Origin: Nitrosopumilus sp.
GTDB lineage: Archaea > Thermoproteota > Nitrososphaeria > Nitrososphaerales > Nitrosopumilaceae
Direction: 5' to 3'
Assembly (NCBI GenBank): GCA_965207445.1
Contig: CBDBLX010000002.1
Coordinates: 864,001-928,000 of the forward strand
DNA: 64,000 nt
Shown here: positions 43,291 through 54,700 of the stretch, one piece after another
Layout: each line of letters opens with the position of its first letter
Position numbering within the stretch: position 1 is the first letter of the stretch
The notes under the pieces: generated by a model
Seen by the model: only the letters and a program-made list of their open reading frames with translations
Database searches by the model: none
What the model was told of the DNA's origin: nothing
Translations under genes and position numbers: made by a program

Positions 43291-43539
43291 GTGGCATCTC
43301 CAGTTTACGTTGATGGAAATGGTGTAAAGTTCAATCCTGATGCAATGATGCGTGAACGGTTGTATCATTGTATATTTGATGACAAGGCAATATTGGTATT
43401 CAAAGACTCACAAGATGTGATGAATTGCTATGAGATTGAAGATCCCCCACTTGTAGAAAAAATTAGGCAATGTAATGATGATGTAGAATTAGAGGCATTA
43501 TTTGATACTTATATATCAGATATGAACCTTAATGGTTAA
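43291..43539 (+). CDS. Hypothetical protein
   Basis: 82-aa ORF directly upstream of the Alba gene. Confidence 0.7.
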   Translation: MASPVYVDGNGVKFNPDAMMRERLYHCIFDDKAILVFKDSQDVMNCYEIEDPPLVEKIRQCNDDVELEALFDTYISDMNLNG

Positions 43540-43575
43540 ATAAAAGTATGTAAAGAGGTATGCAAGGTAAAAAAT

Positions 43576-45222
43576 ATGAGTAATACACGAAAACCTAGTG
43601 ACGCTGAGGAAATTTTATCTGAATTTACAAGTTCAAAATCTGATTCAAACGATACAAACAAGGATACAGATAATTCTGAATTAATCGACTCTGCACCTAA
43701 TGTTTCACCTAGTGTAATATCCTCTGAGCCATCTTCAACTAACAGTGATCAAACTCTTGAATCTAACTCACCTAATGAGCTTCATTCTTGTGCCGATTCT
43801 AACTCTTGCTCTGATGATTCTATTGTTGCTGATAAACCACCCATTGAATCAACTCCAACACCCACTGAACCAACCACAACTGAATCCTCCAATATGGGTG
43901 AACCTCAACATTCTTGTGCCGATTCTAACTCTTGCTCTGATGATTCTATTGTTGCTGATAAACCACCCATTGAATCAACTCCAACACCCACTGAACCAAC
44001 CACAACTGAATCCTCCAATATGGGTGAACCTCAACATTCTTGTGCCGATTCTAACTCTTGCTCTGATGATTCTATTGTTGCTGATAAACCACCCATTGAA
44101 TCAACTCCAACACCCACTGAACCAACACCCACTGAATCCTCCAATATGGGTGAACCTCAACATTCTTGTGCCGATTCTAACTCTTGCTCTGATGATTCTA
44201 TTGTTGCTGATAAACCACCCACTGAACCAACACCCACTGAATCCTCCAATATGGGCGAACCACAACATTCTTGTGCCGATTCTAACTCTTGCTCTGATGA
44301 TTCTATTGTTGCTGATAAACCACCCACTGAACCAACACCCACTGAATCCTCCAATATGGGCGAACCACAACATTCTTGTGCCGATTCTAACTCTTGCTCT
44401 GATGATTCTATTGTTGCTGATAAACCACCCACTGAATCAACTCCAACACCCACTGAATCCTCCAATATGGGTGAACCACAACATTCTTGTGCCGATTCTA
44501 ACTCTTGCTCTGATGATTCTATTGTTGCTGATAAACCACCCACTGAATCAACTCCAACACCCACTGAATCCTCCAATATGGGTGAACCACAACATTCTTG
44601 TGCCGATTCTAACTCTTGCTCTGATGATTCTATTGTTGCTGATAAACCACCCACTGAATCAACTCCAACACCCACTGAATCAACTCCAACACCCACTGAA
44701 TCAACTCCAACACCCACTGAACCAACACCCACTGAACCAACACCCACTGAACCAACACCCACTGAACCAACACCCACTGAACCAACACCCACTGAACCAA
44801 CTCCAACACCCACTGAACCAACACCCACTGAACCAACACCCACTGAATCCTCCAATATGGGTGAACCACAACAATCTCATGTTGATGTCACATCTGATTC
44901 TAATAATGACAAGTCCACCACTAAACCACCCCCACCCGAGCAACACTCTGAATATAGAGATGTGATATTTGTTGGAAGTAAACCAATAATGACTTATGTT
45001 TCTGCCGTCCTTACTCAACTTGCAAATAGAGATACAGTTACGGTCAAAGCCCGAGGTAAAAAAATCACTAATGCAGTGGATGTCTCACAAATGATCATTA
45101 AAAGAATGGATAGTGTTGGTTATGTAATATCTGATACTAGAATATCTTCTGACTCTCTCATATCAAATGATGGGAAATACCGCAACGTCTCTACAATGGA
45201 AATTGACATATCAAAAAAATAA
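43576..45222 (+). CDS. alba: Alba-domain nucleic acid-binding protein with ~460-aa acidic tandem-repeat N-terminus
   Basis: C-terminal IFVGSKPIMTYV..VKARG..I..AVDV...RNVSTMEI; eight HSCADSNSCSDDSIVADKPP units. Confidence 0.88.
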   Translation: MSNTRKPSDAEEILSEFTSSKSDSNDTNKDTDNSELIDSAPNVSPSVISSEPSSTNSDQTLESNSPNELHSCADSNSCSDDSIVADKPPIESTPTPTEPTTTESSNMGEPQHSCADSNSCSDDSIVADKPPIESTPTPTEPTTTESSNMGEPQHSCADSNSCSDDSIVADKPPIESTPTPTEPTPTESSNMGEPQHSCADSNSCSDDSIVADKPPTEPTPTESSNMGEPQHSCADSNSCSDDSIVADKPPTEPTPTESSNMGEPQHSCADSNSCSDDSIVADKPPTESTPTPTESSNMGEPQHSCADSNSCSDDSIVADKPPTESTPTPTESSNMGEPQHSCADSNSCSDDSIVADKPPTESTPTPTESTPTPTESTPTPTEPTPTEPTPTEPTPTEPTPTEPTPTEPTPTPTEPTPTEPTPTESSNMGEPQQSHVDVTSDSNNDKSTTKPPPPEQHSEYRDVIFVGSKPIMTYVSAVLTQLANRDTVTVKARGKKITNAVDVSQMIIKRMDSVGYVISDTRISSDSLISNDGKYRNVSTMEIDISKK

Positions 45223-45451
45223 ACGTCATTATCTTACTGTTGTTGCTATTGTAATAATATCCGTTGTAATTACTACTGTGGTGTTATTTCTATCTATTGA
45301 TTCATGTGGATTAACACATCTTGAAATCTTAAATGATATTAGTACATATGAAGAAAATTTTGATCCAAATTTTTGTGCAGATTTACTTGATAAAATATAC
45401 TTGTTTAATGAATCGTGTAGACCTGTAGTTGATATAATTGATTGTGGTTAA
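45167..45451 (+). CDS. Small membrane-anchored Cys-containing hypothetical protein (start uncertain)
   Basis: TM helix then four Cys, ends DCG. Confidence 0.6.
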   Translation: MMGNTATSLQWKLTYQKNKRHYLTVVAIVIISVVITTVVLFLSIDSCGLTHLEILNDISTYEENFDPNFCADLLDKIYLFNESCRPVVDIIDCG

Positions 45452-45561
45452 TAAATAACCTACACAAATTATTCTTAACATAATATTTGTCTTTAAAATT
45501 AATTATTTGTATGAGCATATATAATATTTTTTTAATTAAACTAATTTTACAAGAAAAATTC

Positions 45562-45709
45562 GTGTGAACCAACCTCTTTGGATACGATAACAATATCATA
45601 TACTTGTATTTGGTTACATCCCTGTCTGCATATTGCGTATCGTACATGCAATGCATTTGGCTAGGAGTTATTTTTGAATGATTATATTAATTATGGAATC
45701 TGGTTCACC
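45562..45709. mobile_element. Degenerate family-B MITE
   Basis: gtgtgaaccaac ... tggttcacc; homologous to 22401-22465. Confidence 0.6.
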
Positions 45710-46095
45710 CATATGTTTTGTTTTGTTAAGATTAAACAAAAAGATCTGTATATAATATTAAAATATTTTTATCATATATAAAAAATAAATATTTAATTAT
45801 TAAGTTAAATTAGAACAAACAAATTATAAAGATTTACTAAAAATGATTTGATGCATAAACTTGAGATATCTACTAGATACAACAATCTGCATACTGAAAA
45901 TTGTTATCTTACAACACCCACTACTATTGTATTTGATGGCATGTATGTATGTATGTGTACGCAATGACACGCAAAAGAGAAGATATTTTTATGTTAATTG
46001 ATATAGATATTGATTGACATTAACTCTTAACTAGATGATTTACGTGTTATGTGTTTAATAATTTTAATTTGTACTATTGTTAATAATAATTCATA

Positions 46096-47088
46096 CTATT
46101 TTATGGTGCTATGATCATTATTTATTTTCTTTAATCTTTCTAATAATGCCGCATAAAGAAATGGCATAACCGTTGTGACTTCTGCATGTAATGTTGCTTG
46201 TTTTGCATTTGGCGTCACTTTTCCCCATGAAATTGCTTCTCTTACAAGCGCACCACTTAAACTACCATCAAATTCTTGTGCAGTTGTAATGTAAAATGCA
46301 TAATCTAGTCCTCCTCTGTATTGATTCCACCACAAAGTATGATGTTTTGATATTCCACCACCAATCATGAATGCACCTGATTTTTTGGCCTTGAATATAT
46401 GCTCTGATAATCGCACAGAATCTCCAATAATATTTAATTCAAAGTCGTGGTGATTTTGCGCAAACATCCAGATCTGACTACCTACTGCCCCATCCATTAT
46501 TCCTGGTACTATAACATCAATATCGTTTTTTGCAGCCCAATACAGAAATGAGTCTTCTCTCATGTGCTGACCTATCATTTTACAAATGTCTGCTGTTGTC
46601 ATCGATTTTTTGCCATTTTCATATGCCTGTGTCAAAAACTCTTGCATCTTTTTTTCTATTATTGGGCCGTAACTATCTAGTGGAACAAGTACGCTTCCGA
46701 GTCTGTGTATGTCTTGCTCTGCGAGTTGCGCATCATCCATTGTAAATGATCCTTCTTTGTATTCTGCGTAATGCCTTGCAATATCATGATCAAGTGCACC
46801 ACACGTGGTAACCATCACATCAAACCACTTTTTTTTTGCCATATCTCTGATTATGCCTCTCAACCCCGTTGAGATCACTGCTCCAACAAACGAGCAGAAT
46901 CGAAGACACTGTTTGTCTGTTATCATCTTTGATATAATTTCAAGTCCATCATGGAGATTCTTTGACTCAAAACCCCCTGATTTTGCCATTTCTGCAAATA
47001 TGCCTTCTATGCTTGTCTTGTCATTTATTGTCATATCTTTCACAGGGCCCCCTATCTCTTTTATTGGCACACTGTTCTCTATTGTCAT
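46096..47088 (-). CDS. dys: Deoxyhypusine synthase
   Basis: IGGGISKHH, DGSLSGA..EAISWGK. Confidence 0.95.
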   Translation of the reverse strand: MTIENSVPIKEIGGPVKDMTINDKTSIEGIFAEMAKSGGFESKNLHDGLEIISKMITDKQCLRFCSFVGAVISTGLRGIIRDMAKKKWFDVMVTTCGALDHDIARHYAEYKEGSFTMDDAQLAEQDIHRLGSVLVPLDSYGPIIEKKMQEFLTQAYENGKKSMTTADICKMIGQHMREDSFLYWAAKNDIDVIVPGIMDGAVGSQIWMFAQNHHDFELNIIGDSVRLSEHIFKAKKSGAFMIGGGISKHHTLWWNQYRGGLDYAFYITTAQEFDGSLSGALVREAISWGKVTPNAKQATLHAEVTTVMPFLYAALLERLKKINNDHSTIK

Positions 47089-47371
47089 TGTAATTTCTAT
47101 ATTCAACGTGACTATAAACGATTCTTTGTTATTTGGAATTGTAATAGTATGCACTTTTCATTCAAAAAACTCACCATACTTTTTCATATAACGTATACCT
47201 TCATATGATCTCTTTTTATTTGTAATTTAATTTATAATTTACAAACTTGATAATTTATAATAATTATTTTGCAGTGTGTAATTGTAACATACTAGCATCA
47301 ATAATGTCCAAAAATTCATTATTTTATAGCTCTATGCCAAGACTTTAAACGAGCTTTTATTATTCAACCTT

Positions 47372-48466
47372 ATGGCAGGACGCATAAAAGTTGGACTAGT
47401 TGGTATAGGTAATTGTTTTTCAGGACTATTACAAGGAATTGAATATTATCGAAAAAACCCATCTCAACAGATCATTGGGATAATTCATGAGGAGCTTGCA
47501 GGTTATGGTATTCATGATATAGATTTTGTCTGTGGATTTGATGTGGGTGAGAATAAGATTGGAAAGACAATCAATAAGGCGATATATGCGTATCCTAACA
47601 TGGTCGACTGGATACCTGAGAATGATATGCCTTTGACTAACTCTTTGGTATATGAGAGCCCTGCACTTGATGGTGTTGGATTGTGGGTGGAAAATCGTGT
47701 CAATCCTATAAAGTCTCAAAAAACTGTTGACGAGTTAACATCTGAGATAAAACAGGTGATCAAAAGTACCGGGGCTAAAATTATTGTCTCGTATCTGCCA
47801 GTAGGATCTGATAAAGCTACAGAGTTTTGGGCACAAATGTGCCTTGATACTGGTGTAGCATTTGTAAACTGTATACCATCATTTATTGCATCAAATCCCA
47901 TTTGGGCCGAAAAGTTTACCACCAAAAATATACCCTGTATTGGTGATGATATAAAGGGGCAAGTGGGTGCTACTATTGTACATAGAACACTTGCCAAATT
48001 GTGTAATGATCGTGGCACCAAGATAGAAAAAACATATCAGATCAATGTAGGTGGGAATACAGACTTTTTGAATATGAAAGAACAAGAGCGACTAGTATCA
48101 AAGAAAATTTCCAAGACTGAGAGTGTACAAAGTCAACTTGACCATCGTTTAGATGATGATCAGATATACGTTGGACCTTCAGATTTTATTCCGTTTCTTG
48201 GAAATACAAAACTAATGTTTATGAGAATTGAAGGCAGACAATGGGCAAATATCCCATACAATATGGAAGTACGTCTTGATGTTGATGACAAGGCAAACTC
48301 TGCTGGAATAGTGATAGATGCCATCAGATTGGCAAAAATTGCACTTGATCGTAATATAGGTGGACCTATAAGACCTGCAAGTGCATACTTGATGAAACAT
48401 CCAATTGAACAAATGTCAGACACAAATGCCAAAGCGGCATGTGAGGCATTTGTTACAGATGTCTGA
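47372..48466 (+). CDS. ino1: Inositol-3-phosphate synthase
   Basis: GIGNC, SYLPVGS, GDDIKGQVGAT, GGNTDFLNM. Confidence 0.95.
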   Translation: MAGRIKVGLVGIGNCFSGLLQGIEYYRKNPSQQIIGIIHEELAGYGIHDIDFVCGFDVGENKIGKTINKAIYAYPNMVDWIPENDMPLTNSLVYESPALDGVGLWVENRVNPIKSQKTVDELTSEIKQVIKSTGAKIIVSYLPVGSDKATEFWAQMCLDTGVAFVNCIPSFIASNPIWAEKFTTKNIPCIGDDIKGQVGATIVHRTLAKLCNDRGTKIEKTYQINVGGNTDFLNMKEQERLVSKKISKTESVQSQLDHRLDDDQIYVGPSDFIPFLGNTKLMFMRIEGRQWANIPYNMEVRLDVDDKANSAGIVIDAIRLAKIALDRNIGGPIRPASAYLMKHPIEQMSDTNAKAACEAFVTDV

Positions 48467-48492
48467 ATTTAACTCTTAACATACTGGAAAAC

Positions 48493-48830
48493 GTAACAGT
48501 TAAACCCCCTACATATACACCTCAACACACATCTACTGCTACGATGAAGTTTGGTGAATAATTTAGCTTGCCATGATGGTGTCATGGATATTCTTTACAA
48601 GATCCTTGTCCTGATCACACCACGTCATCATACATGACATCATACATGACATCAATATACCATAAACTTCCATTCCTGTTGTACTGCGAAACATCTGACG
48701 AATCTTTTTGTGAATCATGACGCGCCACCACAGTGATCGTTTGGATTTGTTGTTGATAGATGGCATACCCGAATATTTGACAAATGTAAACAGATCTGGC
48801 GCCGCATTATGTAATTTGCCCCCAAACGAG
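48493..48830 (-). pseudogene. IS66 transposase C-terminal remnant with its terminal repeat (48493-48510)
   Basis: LHNAAPDLFTF..SGMPSINN..RSL..IHKKIR..RS..G..LMSC..TW; end gtaacagttaaacccc matches the MITE-A TIR. Confidence 0.75.
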
Positions 48831-49066
48831 TGTTCCTAGTTCTGTATATGTGCCTGCAATTGCCATGACGGCATCTATTCAGTTGTCTTGCAGTTGTTGT
48901 TGTTGTTGTTGTTGATCTGTGGTGTCTAGTGGTAGCTGTTTGGCCTCATGAAATATGTGCCGGAGTTTTCTGTGCAATTCTACGAGATTGCCGCCGTGCA
49001 AGGTAGTCTAACATCTATGCCCTATTGCAATACTGTATCTATCTAGAAGCGGAATTGCACAACATG

Positions 49067-49894
49067 CTAGTTTGCGTTTTGAGTCGTACAGTTACATGAC
49101 TCCGCCTGCCATGCGGAAAACCTCTTTGGGATGATCACACGTGATGCCGAATCTGTTGTAGATTTCTTCTGTGACGATGTCAGATTTGCCCCCATAGTAA
49201 TAGTAGGGGGAGAAAACCCACTGTCCGAGGATGCTATCAATACGTCTGGATTATCCTCGGCAAGTGACTTCTTGAACGTGATCACCTCCGCAAGTATCAT
49301 CTGGTCCGATTTATTGGGATATGTCCTCATGAACCGCTCTAGTTGTTTTGCTTCCCTCGTCACCTGACCTCTGTGAGTGTGAACCGCCTCTGTTTTTTGA
49401 TCCTTTTCCCATGCTGGCTCCGTTAGAACGGGTTTTGACCTTTCCTCGGTCTCCTGTTTTCGCCGTGTTGGGGAACTATATGTAGCAATGTACCGATGCA
49501 TAAGATCCTTGGACATTTGTCTGACATTTTTCAAGTTCTTTGATACTTCTCTAGAGTTCAGTTTCACTGCAATTAGTCTTGAGAGGAGATCCCGCATCTT
49601 ATACTCGGAGGCGGAGATGATCGCCACTGACTCATTGTAGAATTTTTCTTTCAACGCCACGTCTAGTTTGTTCTCTGGTATGTAGACTGACTTTACTGCT
49701 TTTGAGAGCACCGCAAAGCACTCCGATCTCACCTTCGGCATCGTAAGCCCTATGTCAGAATCCTTGAATAAACTGAACAGTTGAATTGACTGTTCGTAGA
49801 AGGGGTGTTTTATTCCCAGTTCTCCAGCGTTTTCCATTATACTGGATGCAACAACCACGTTTGTGTCTGGCACCACTTTTACATCAAGTGACAT
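49067..49894 (-). CDS. PIN-domain-like protein, probably frameshifted near the C-terminus
   Basis: PDTNVV, DQMILAE and SSDSGF acidic motifs; alternative frame gives SPYYYYGGKSDIVTEEIYNRFGITCDHPKEVF ending at 49092. Confidence 0.65.
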   Translation of the reverse strand: MSLDVKVVPDTNVVVASSIMENAGELGIKHPFYEQSIQLFSLFKDSDIGLTMPKVRSECFAVLSKAVKSVYIPENKLDVALKEKFYNESVAIISASEYKMRDLLSRLIAVKLNSREVSKNLKNVRQMSKDLMHRYIATYSSPTRRKQETEERSKPVLTEPAWEKDQKTEAVHTHRGQVTREAKQLERFMRTYPNKSDQMILAEVITFKKSLAEDNPDVLIASSDSGFSPPTITMGANLTSSQKKSTTDSASRVIIPKRFSAWQAESCNCTTQNAN

Positions 49895-49906
49895 TGTGGA
49901 ATGAGA

Positions 49907-50398
49907 CTAGCCGGTAGTATCTAAACTTTGCATCAGAGCTGCAAACTGGAGTCGCATATTGTCCTTGTCAATGTATTCTTTATTGATCTCCAACGGCTCG
50001 ATCAGGTCTGCGCTTGCGGCTTGGTTTCTCAGGTCATGGGTCTTGTTCAGTACTTTATTGATTGAGCGTTCGTTGACTTTATACGATTGCGTGATGTTCA
50101 GTATGTCGTCTATTGCGGGTAGAAGTGTGAGCGAATCCTCTGCAATCTTTGGATTGTCGTTTGCTTTTTGCGAGTTTTTAAATCTGTACTCCATCTTACC
50201 GAGTATGAGTTCCGTGTTTCGTGCAGCCTGATAGAAGTAAAACCCGTCAGAGTTCTCAACTTCCAGCCATCTTGATTTGATGTCTTTTAGAAGGTCTCTT
50301 AGCTTGGAGAGACTGTTCAGTATGGTAAGATCGACCTTTCCAGTCTCTTCCATGCTGGTTAAAGACCTCTCAATCTCTACCAAAATACTATTCTTCAA
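49907..50398 (-). CDS. Hypothetical helical protein, operonic with the PIN-like gene
   Basis: 163-aa ORF ending 12 bp before the PIN-like start. Confidence 0.7.
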   Translation of the reverse strand: MKNSILVEIERSLTSMEETGKVDLTILNSLSKLRDLLKDIKSRWLEVENSDGFYFYQAARNTELILGKMEYRFKNSQKANDNPKIAEDSLTLLPAIDDILNITQSYKVNERSINKVLNKTHDLRNQAASADLIEPLEINKEYIDKDNMRLQFAALMQSLDTTG

Positions 50399-50453
50399 TG
50401 TAGTCTTGCACCCATCATCACTCTATAATATAGTTACTCTCTATACACATAAG

Positions 50454-51235
50454 GTAACAGTTCAACCCCTATTTTGTAAGTATGCATACAGATACAGCAA
50501 TAACGATCACCGATCATTATTGTGATCGAATTTACGTAAATCTGAATGATAAACACGATGATATGTGAGAAAGTGTCCAAAATGTTGAAAACACGTTTAT
50601 TATTTTTTGCATATAGGCGTAACTATTTTGCTTTTTGAAGTGGACATTTAAATTCTTATGATTATATACTATGATAATTTTGATCTAAAAAATTTGATCA
50701 AAAACTCTAATAATTTAATCTAGAGGGTGTTAAATCAAAACGCTTCCATCTATCATTAAGTGTCAATAAAATGATAGACAGGAACGATATTAGATCATCG
50801 CAAAAATGTGATTTAAGCAATCAGTGTGACTGGAAATGCAATAGTGTCAATTATTTGCAGGAGGGGGAGACATAGTTGTGCTGCACAGAACCTCGTGACA
50901 AAGATACGCAACATACAAAAAAACCATGTCTCAAAAGTGATTGCGAGTGTTGCCAGTGGTGGTTGGACAATACCGGAATTGACACGATATTGCAAGACTC
51001 ATCGGATTCAAAGAAAAAAATAACGGCCAATAATGTGTCTGAGGTGCTACAAGATGCCAACACGTTAAAGACACAAAATGAAGAATTGACCAAGGACAAT
51101 AAAAAATATCAAAAGATCAACAAAGAGCTAAGAATGTTGTATCTGATCTGTACTACTCAGAATATCCAAGGCCCGCTTGCCGCGTCTCTCCGCACCCTTA
51201 CTCCAAGAGACGCGTCTTGTCATCCACGTACGTAG
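50454..51235 (+). pseudogene. IS66-like left end with degenerate N-terminal coiled-coil ORF
   Basis: gtaacagttcaacccct at 50454-50470; broken frames with LKTQNEELTKDNKKYQKINKELR. Confidence 0.45.
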
Positions 51236-51784
51236 TCTACTCATCCTGTCACTCTTCCAAGGAAACCATGCTACCATCTTACTGATGCCTCTGGCAGTCT
51301 GTTCCTCCGAGTCAGCGATATTTACGCCGCCTCCAGGCTCTACATCGTCCTTAAATTGATAATCTGCAATCTTATGTTGTTGTAGGCGTTCTGATCCCAT
51401 TTGCTTATCAATGGGATCTTACGTTGTGAGTATCTAACCACTACATACGCCTGCACGCTTCAATACATCATATCCATCAAGGACTGTGTCTGTGCCCAGC
51501 CGGAGATACCCACAATTAATGCAAGAATATCTTAATTGACAAGTGAAAAATAACTATCATCTGTCATTGGATTATTATGCATGAGCATGCAAACTAGCAA
51601 TTTTCCACCAAACGGGATTTCTGCATAATCACTAATATGTTCAATAGCGTGTCGTCGTACGAAAACCTTCTACCGTCTTATATATTTGATCACTTTATGC
51701 TAATTTTAGCTCAAGAAATGTTTACTAAATAGTCTAACAAATCTACCCACATACAATTTATTTCAGTATAATATCGAAATATTG

Positions 51785-54700
51785 ATGGTTCACATTAAAA
51801 AAGTAGAAATATTTGGCTTTAAGTCATTTGGATTTAAAAACACTATTGTGCAATTCGAGCCTGGACTCGTTTCTATATCTGGACCTAATGGATCTGGCAA
51901 GAGCAATATCTTGGATGCTATAATATTTGCCACATGTGAAAAGACACCTAAAATGATGAGAGTAGATAAAATAAGAGATCTTTTACATGATGTTGGTGGT
52001 GCCAAGAGCACCTCTGGTAATGATTCTCAGACCAACACAATATCAAAATCCAGTAAAAGTAGACGTATGGCTCGAGTCGCCTTACATTTTGATAATACTG
52101 ATCGTAAAATTCCAGTACCTTCTGATAATGTGTCTATAACACGTGAATTAGAAGAAGATGGTGAGGCAACTTATTACTTGAATGGTAAAAAAGATAATAG
52201 ATCACACATTGTAGACATGCTTGATGTTGCACATGTAGGTCCTGGAAATCTCAATGTCGTGCAACAGGGAACTGTCACACGTATAGCAGAGTATACATCT
52301 GTTGAGAAGCGCAGAGCTATTGAAGATCTAATTGGAATATCGTCTTTTGATGATAAAGTTGAAAAAGCCACAGACCAACTTGATTATGCAGATCGAAAGC
52401 TGGAAGTTGCACTTGCAAGTATGGGTGAAGTCAAAAACCAGATAGATAATTTAGAAGTGGAACGAAATGCAAAATTGCGTTATGATCTTATACAAAAAGA
52501 CTTGAAACGTTATCGAGCAATTGATGCAATTGCACAACTGCGAAAATTACGCACTCAACGTACATCAAAAGAATCCGAATTATCGTCTATGAAATTACAA
52601 ATAGATGAACTGAAAACTAGTAGAGATGAATGTCGATCTAGTATAAAGGAACTAGATGGTAAACGTTCTGCTGTATTGAACTCTGAGGCTGAATACCGAC
52701 CAAAAAAAGCCGCACTTGAATCAAAGATACGTGATTCAGTTGATGTACATGATAAAGCAGAAAGTAAAATCAATATCTCAATGACCAATATACAGAATAA
52801 TCGCACCCGTCTTGATGTTATTGCAACTGATATGAAATCACTATCTGTGTCACAAAATTATACAAATGGACAGATAAAAGAAAAAGAATCATTCCTTGAA
52901 GAAATAGAGTCTTCTCGAGATGATATAGATGAGAAACTCAAACAAGTGAATTCAGAGATACGTGACATAATCGAGGAACAAAGACGTGTTACTGACAATC
53001 GCACAAAAATTGATGATGTGATTAAAAAGTTACGTGATGAAGATCATAGTATAATTCAGAAAAAACTACATGCCATACAAAACCGTACTAATTATATTGA
53101 TCAGATAAATGAATATAATGTTAAACTTGAAAAGTCAAAACAACTAGAATCATCCCTTGAGAATTCTATAAATGATCTGAATAACATAATAAAGAACAGT
53201 CGTGATACAATATCTACAATTGAAATACGAATTAAACATCTAGATGAGCGGCGCTCAAAGGCAGTTTCTGACAAGGATGATTTGGAATTGGTGTTAGAAA
53301 AATCAAGCAATGTGGCAACCAAATATGAATCCAAGATTAAGACTGTAAAAGGATTCATGTATGAGGATTATGCTACTGCCAAACTCAAAGAAAATGCCCA
53401 AAGTTTGGGGATCTTGGGACTTGTATATGAGGTCATGACATGGAGCAAAGAGTATGAGCGACCTGTAATGGCAGCAAGCTCTGATTGGATAAAGGCAATA
53501 GTGGTGAGGGACTTTGATGCATTGCTTGGTATATCTGAGGCAACACGTATACAAAAACTTCCAAAATGCAAAATTATTCCAATGGATGCAATTCAAAGTA
53601 TGTTTTCCTCTTTTGATACTGGTATTGCTAGTGCGGATACTATATCTGATAATAATAATAATAATAATTCTATTCCCCGCATCATAAATGGTGTCTCTAC
53701 ACTTGGTGTATTGGCAGAATACATACAATGCTCTCAAGAGTATATGCCTCTACGAACATTTCTATTTGGAAATGTCATACTTGTTACAGACCGAAACTCT
53801 GCAATTGCAGTCTCAAAGTTTGGCTACAAGGCAGTCACTATACATGGTGAGTATTTTGAGGCAAGAGGGAGTACTGTGATAGTAGATATTAACTCAAAAA
53901 TATCAAAAGTGACGCGATTAATATCGATGAGTAGTGATGTAGATGGACTCTTCAAGTCAATCTCACTGGTAAAACGATATATACAAAAGAAGAAAAATTC
54001 TATAAAAAAGATTGATGACTCTATTCAATCATACCGTAACCGAATACCTGTATCTGCAGATAGGCTAACAAACGCCTCTAGTACTTTAGATTACACAAAA
54101 CTTAGATTAAAAAATCTAAAAGAATCACTTGTACATATACCAAACAAACTATCAGAGTTTAATAATCAATTAGATGGCGTCAATGATGAAATTGCATTAT
54201 ATGATTCTCAGATTCAACATATAAAAAATGAGATCAGTCTTGAAAATGACAAATATGCATCAAGTGAGTCTATGTCTGAGATCGGACAAAGACTTGCTAC
54301 TGCAAACAGTAAAAAATCAAATTTGGAAGCAGAACGGACTACTATATTGGCAAGTTATGATAGACTCGGTTTTGAATTATCTAACCTGCGCTCCGCTGCC
54401 AGACAACTTGAAACTGACTACGCGGGATACAAACGTGAAGAGACATCACTGACTGATGAGATACCTAGACTTGAAGAGTCAATCAAAGAGAACGCTGAGA
54501 AAAAGGAATCCATGTCTAAAGTTCTTGAACAACTTCGAGAAACCGAACAAGAGATGATACGTACATCTGGCTTGTCAATGTCTGAGATAAAAAAGTACGA
54601 TGATTTGTTAGGCAACTTAAATACTGATGAACGCTCTCTGACAAACAAAATAAACTCATTTGAACGTGAATCCGAAAACATTAACCGTGAATTAGATGAA

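Noticed and set aside
43745..44965. 406-aa hydrophobic overlapping ORF and antisense ORFs in alba
   Set aside because: By-products of a stop-free tandem repeat; the Alba frame explains the locus.
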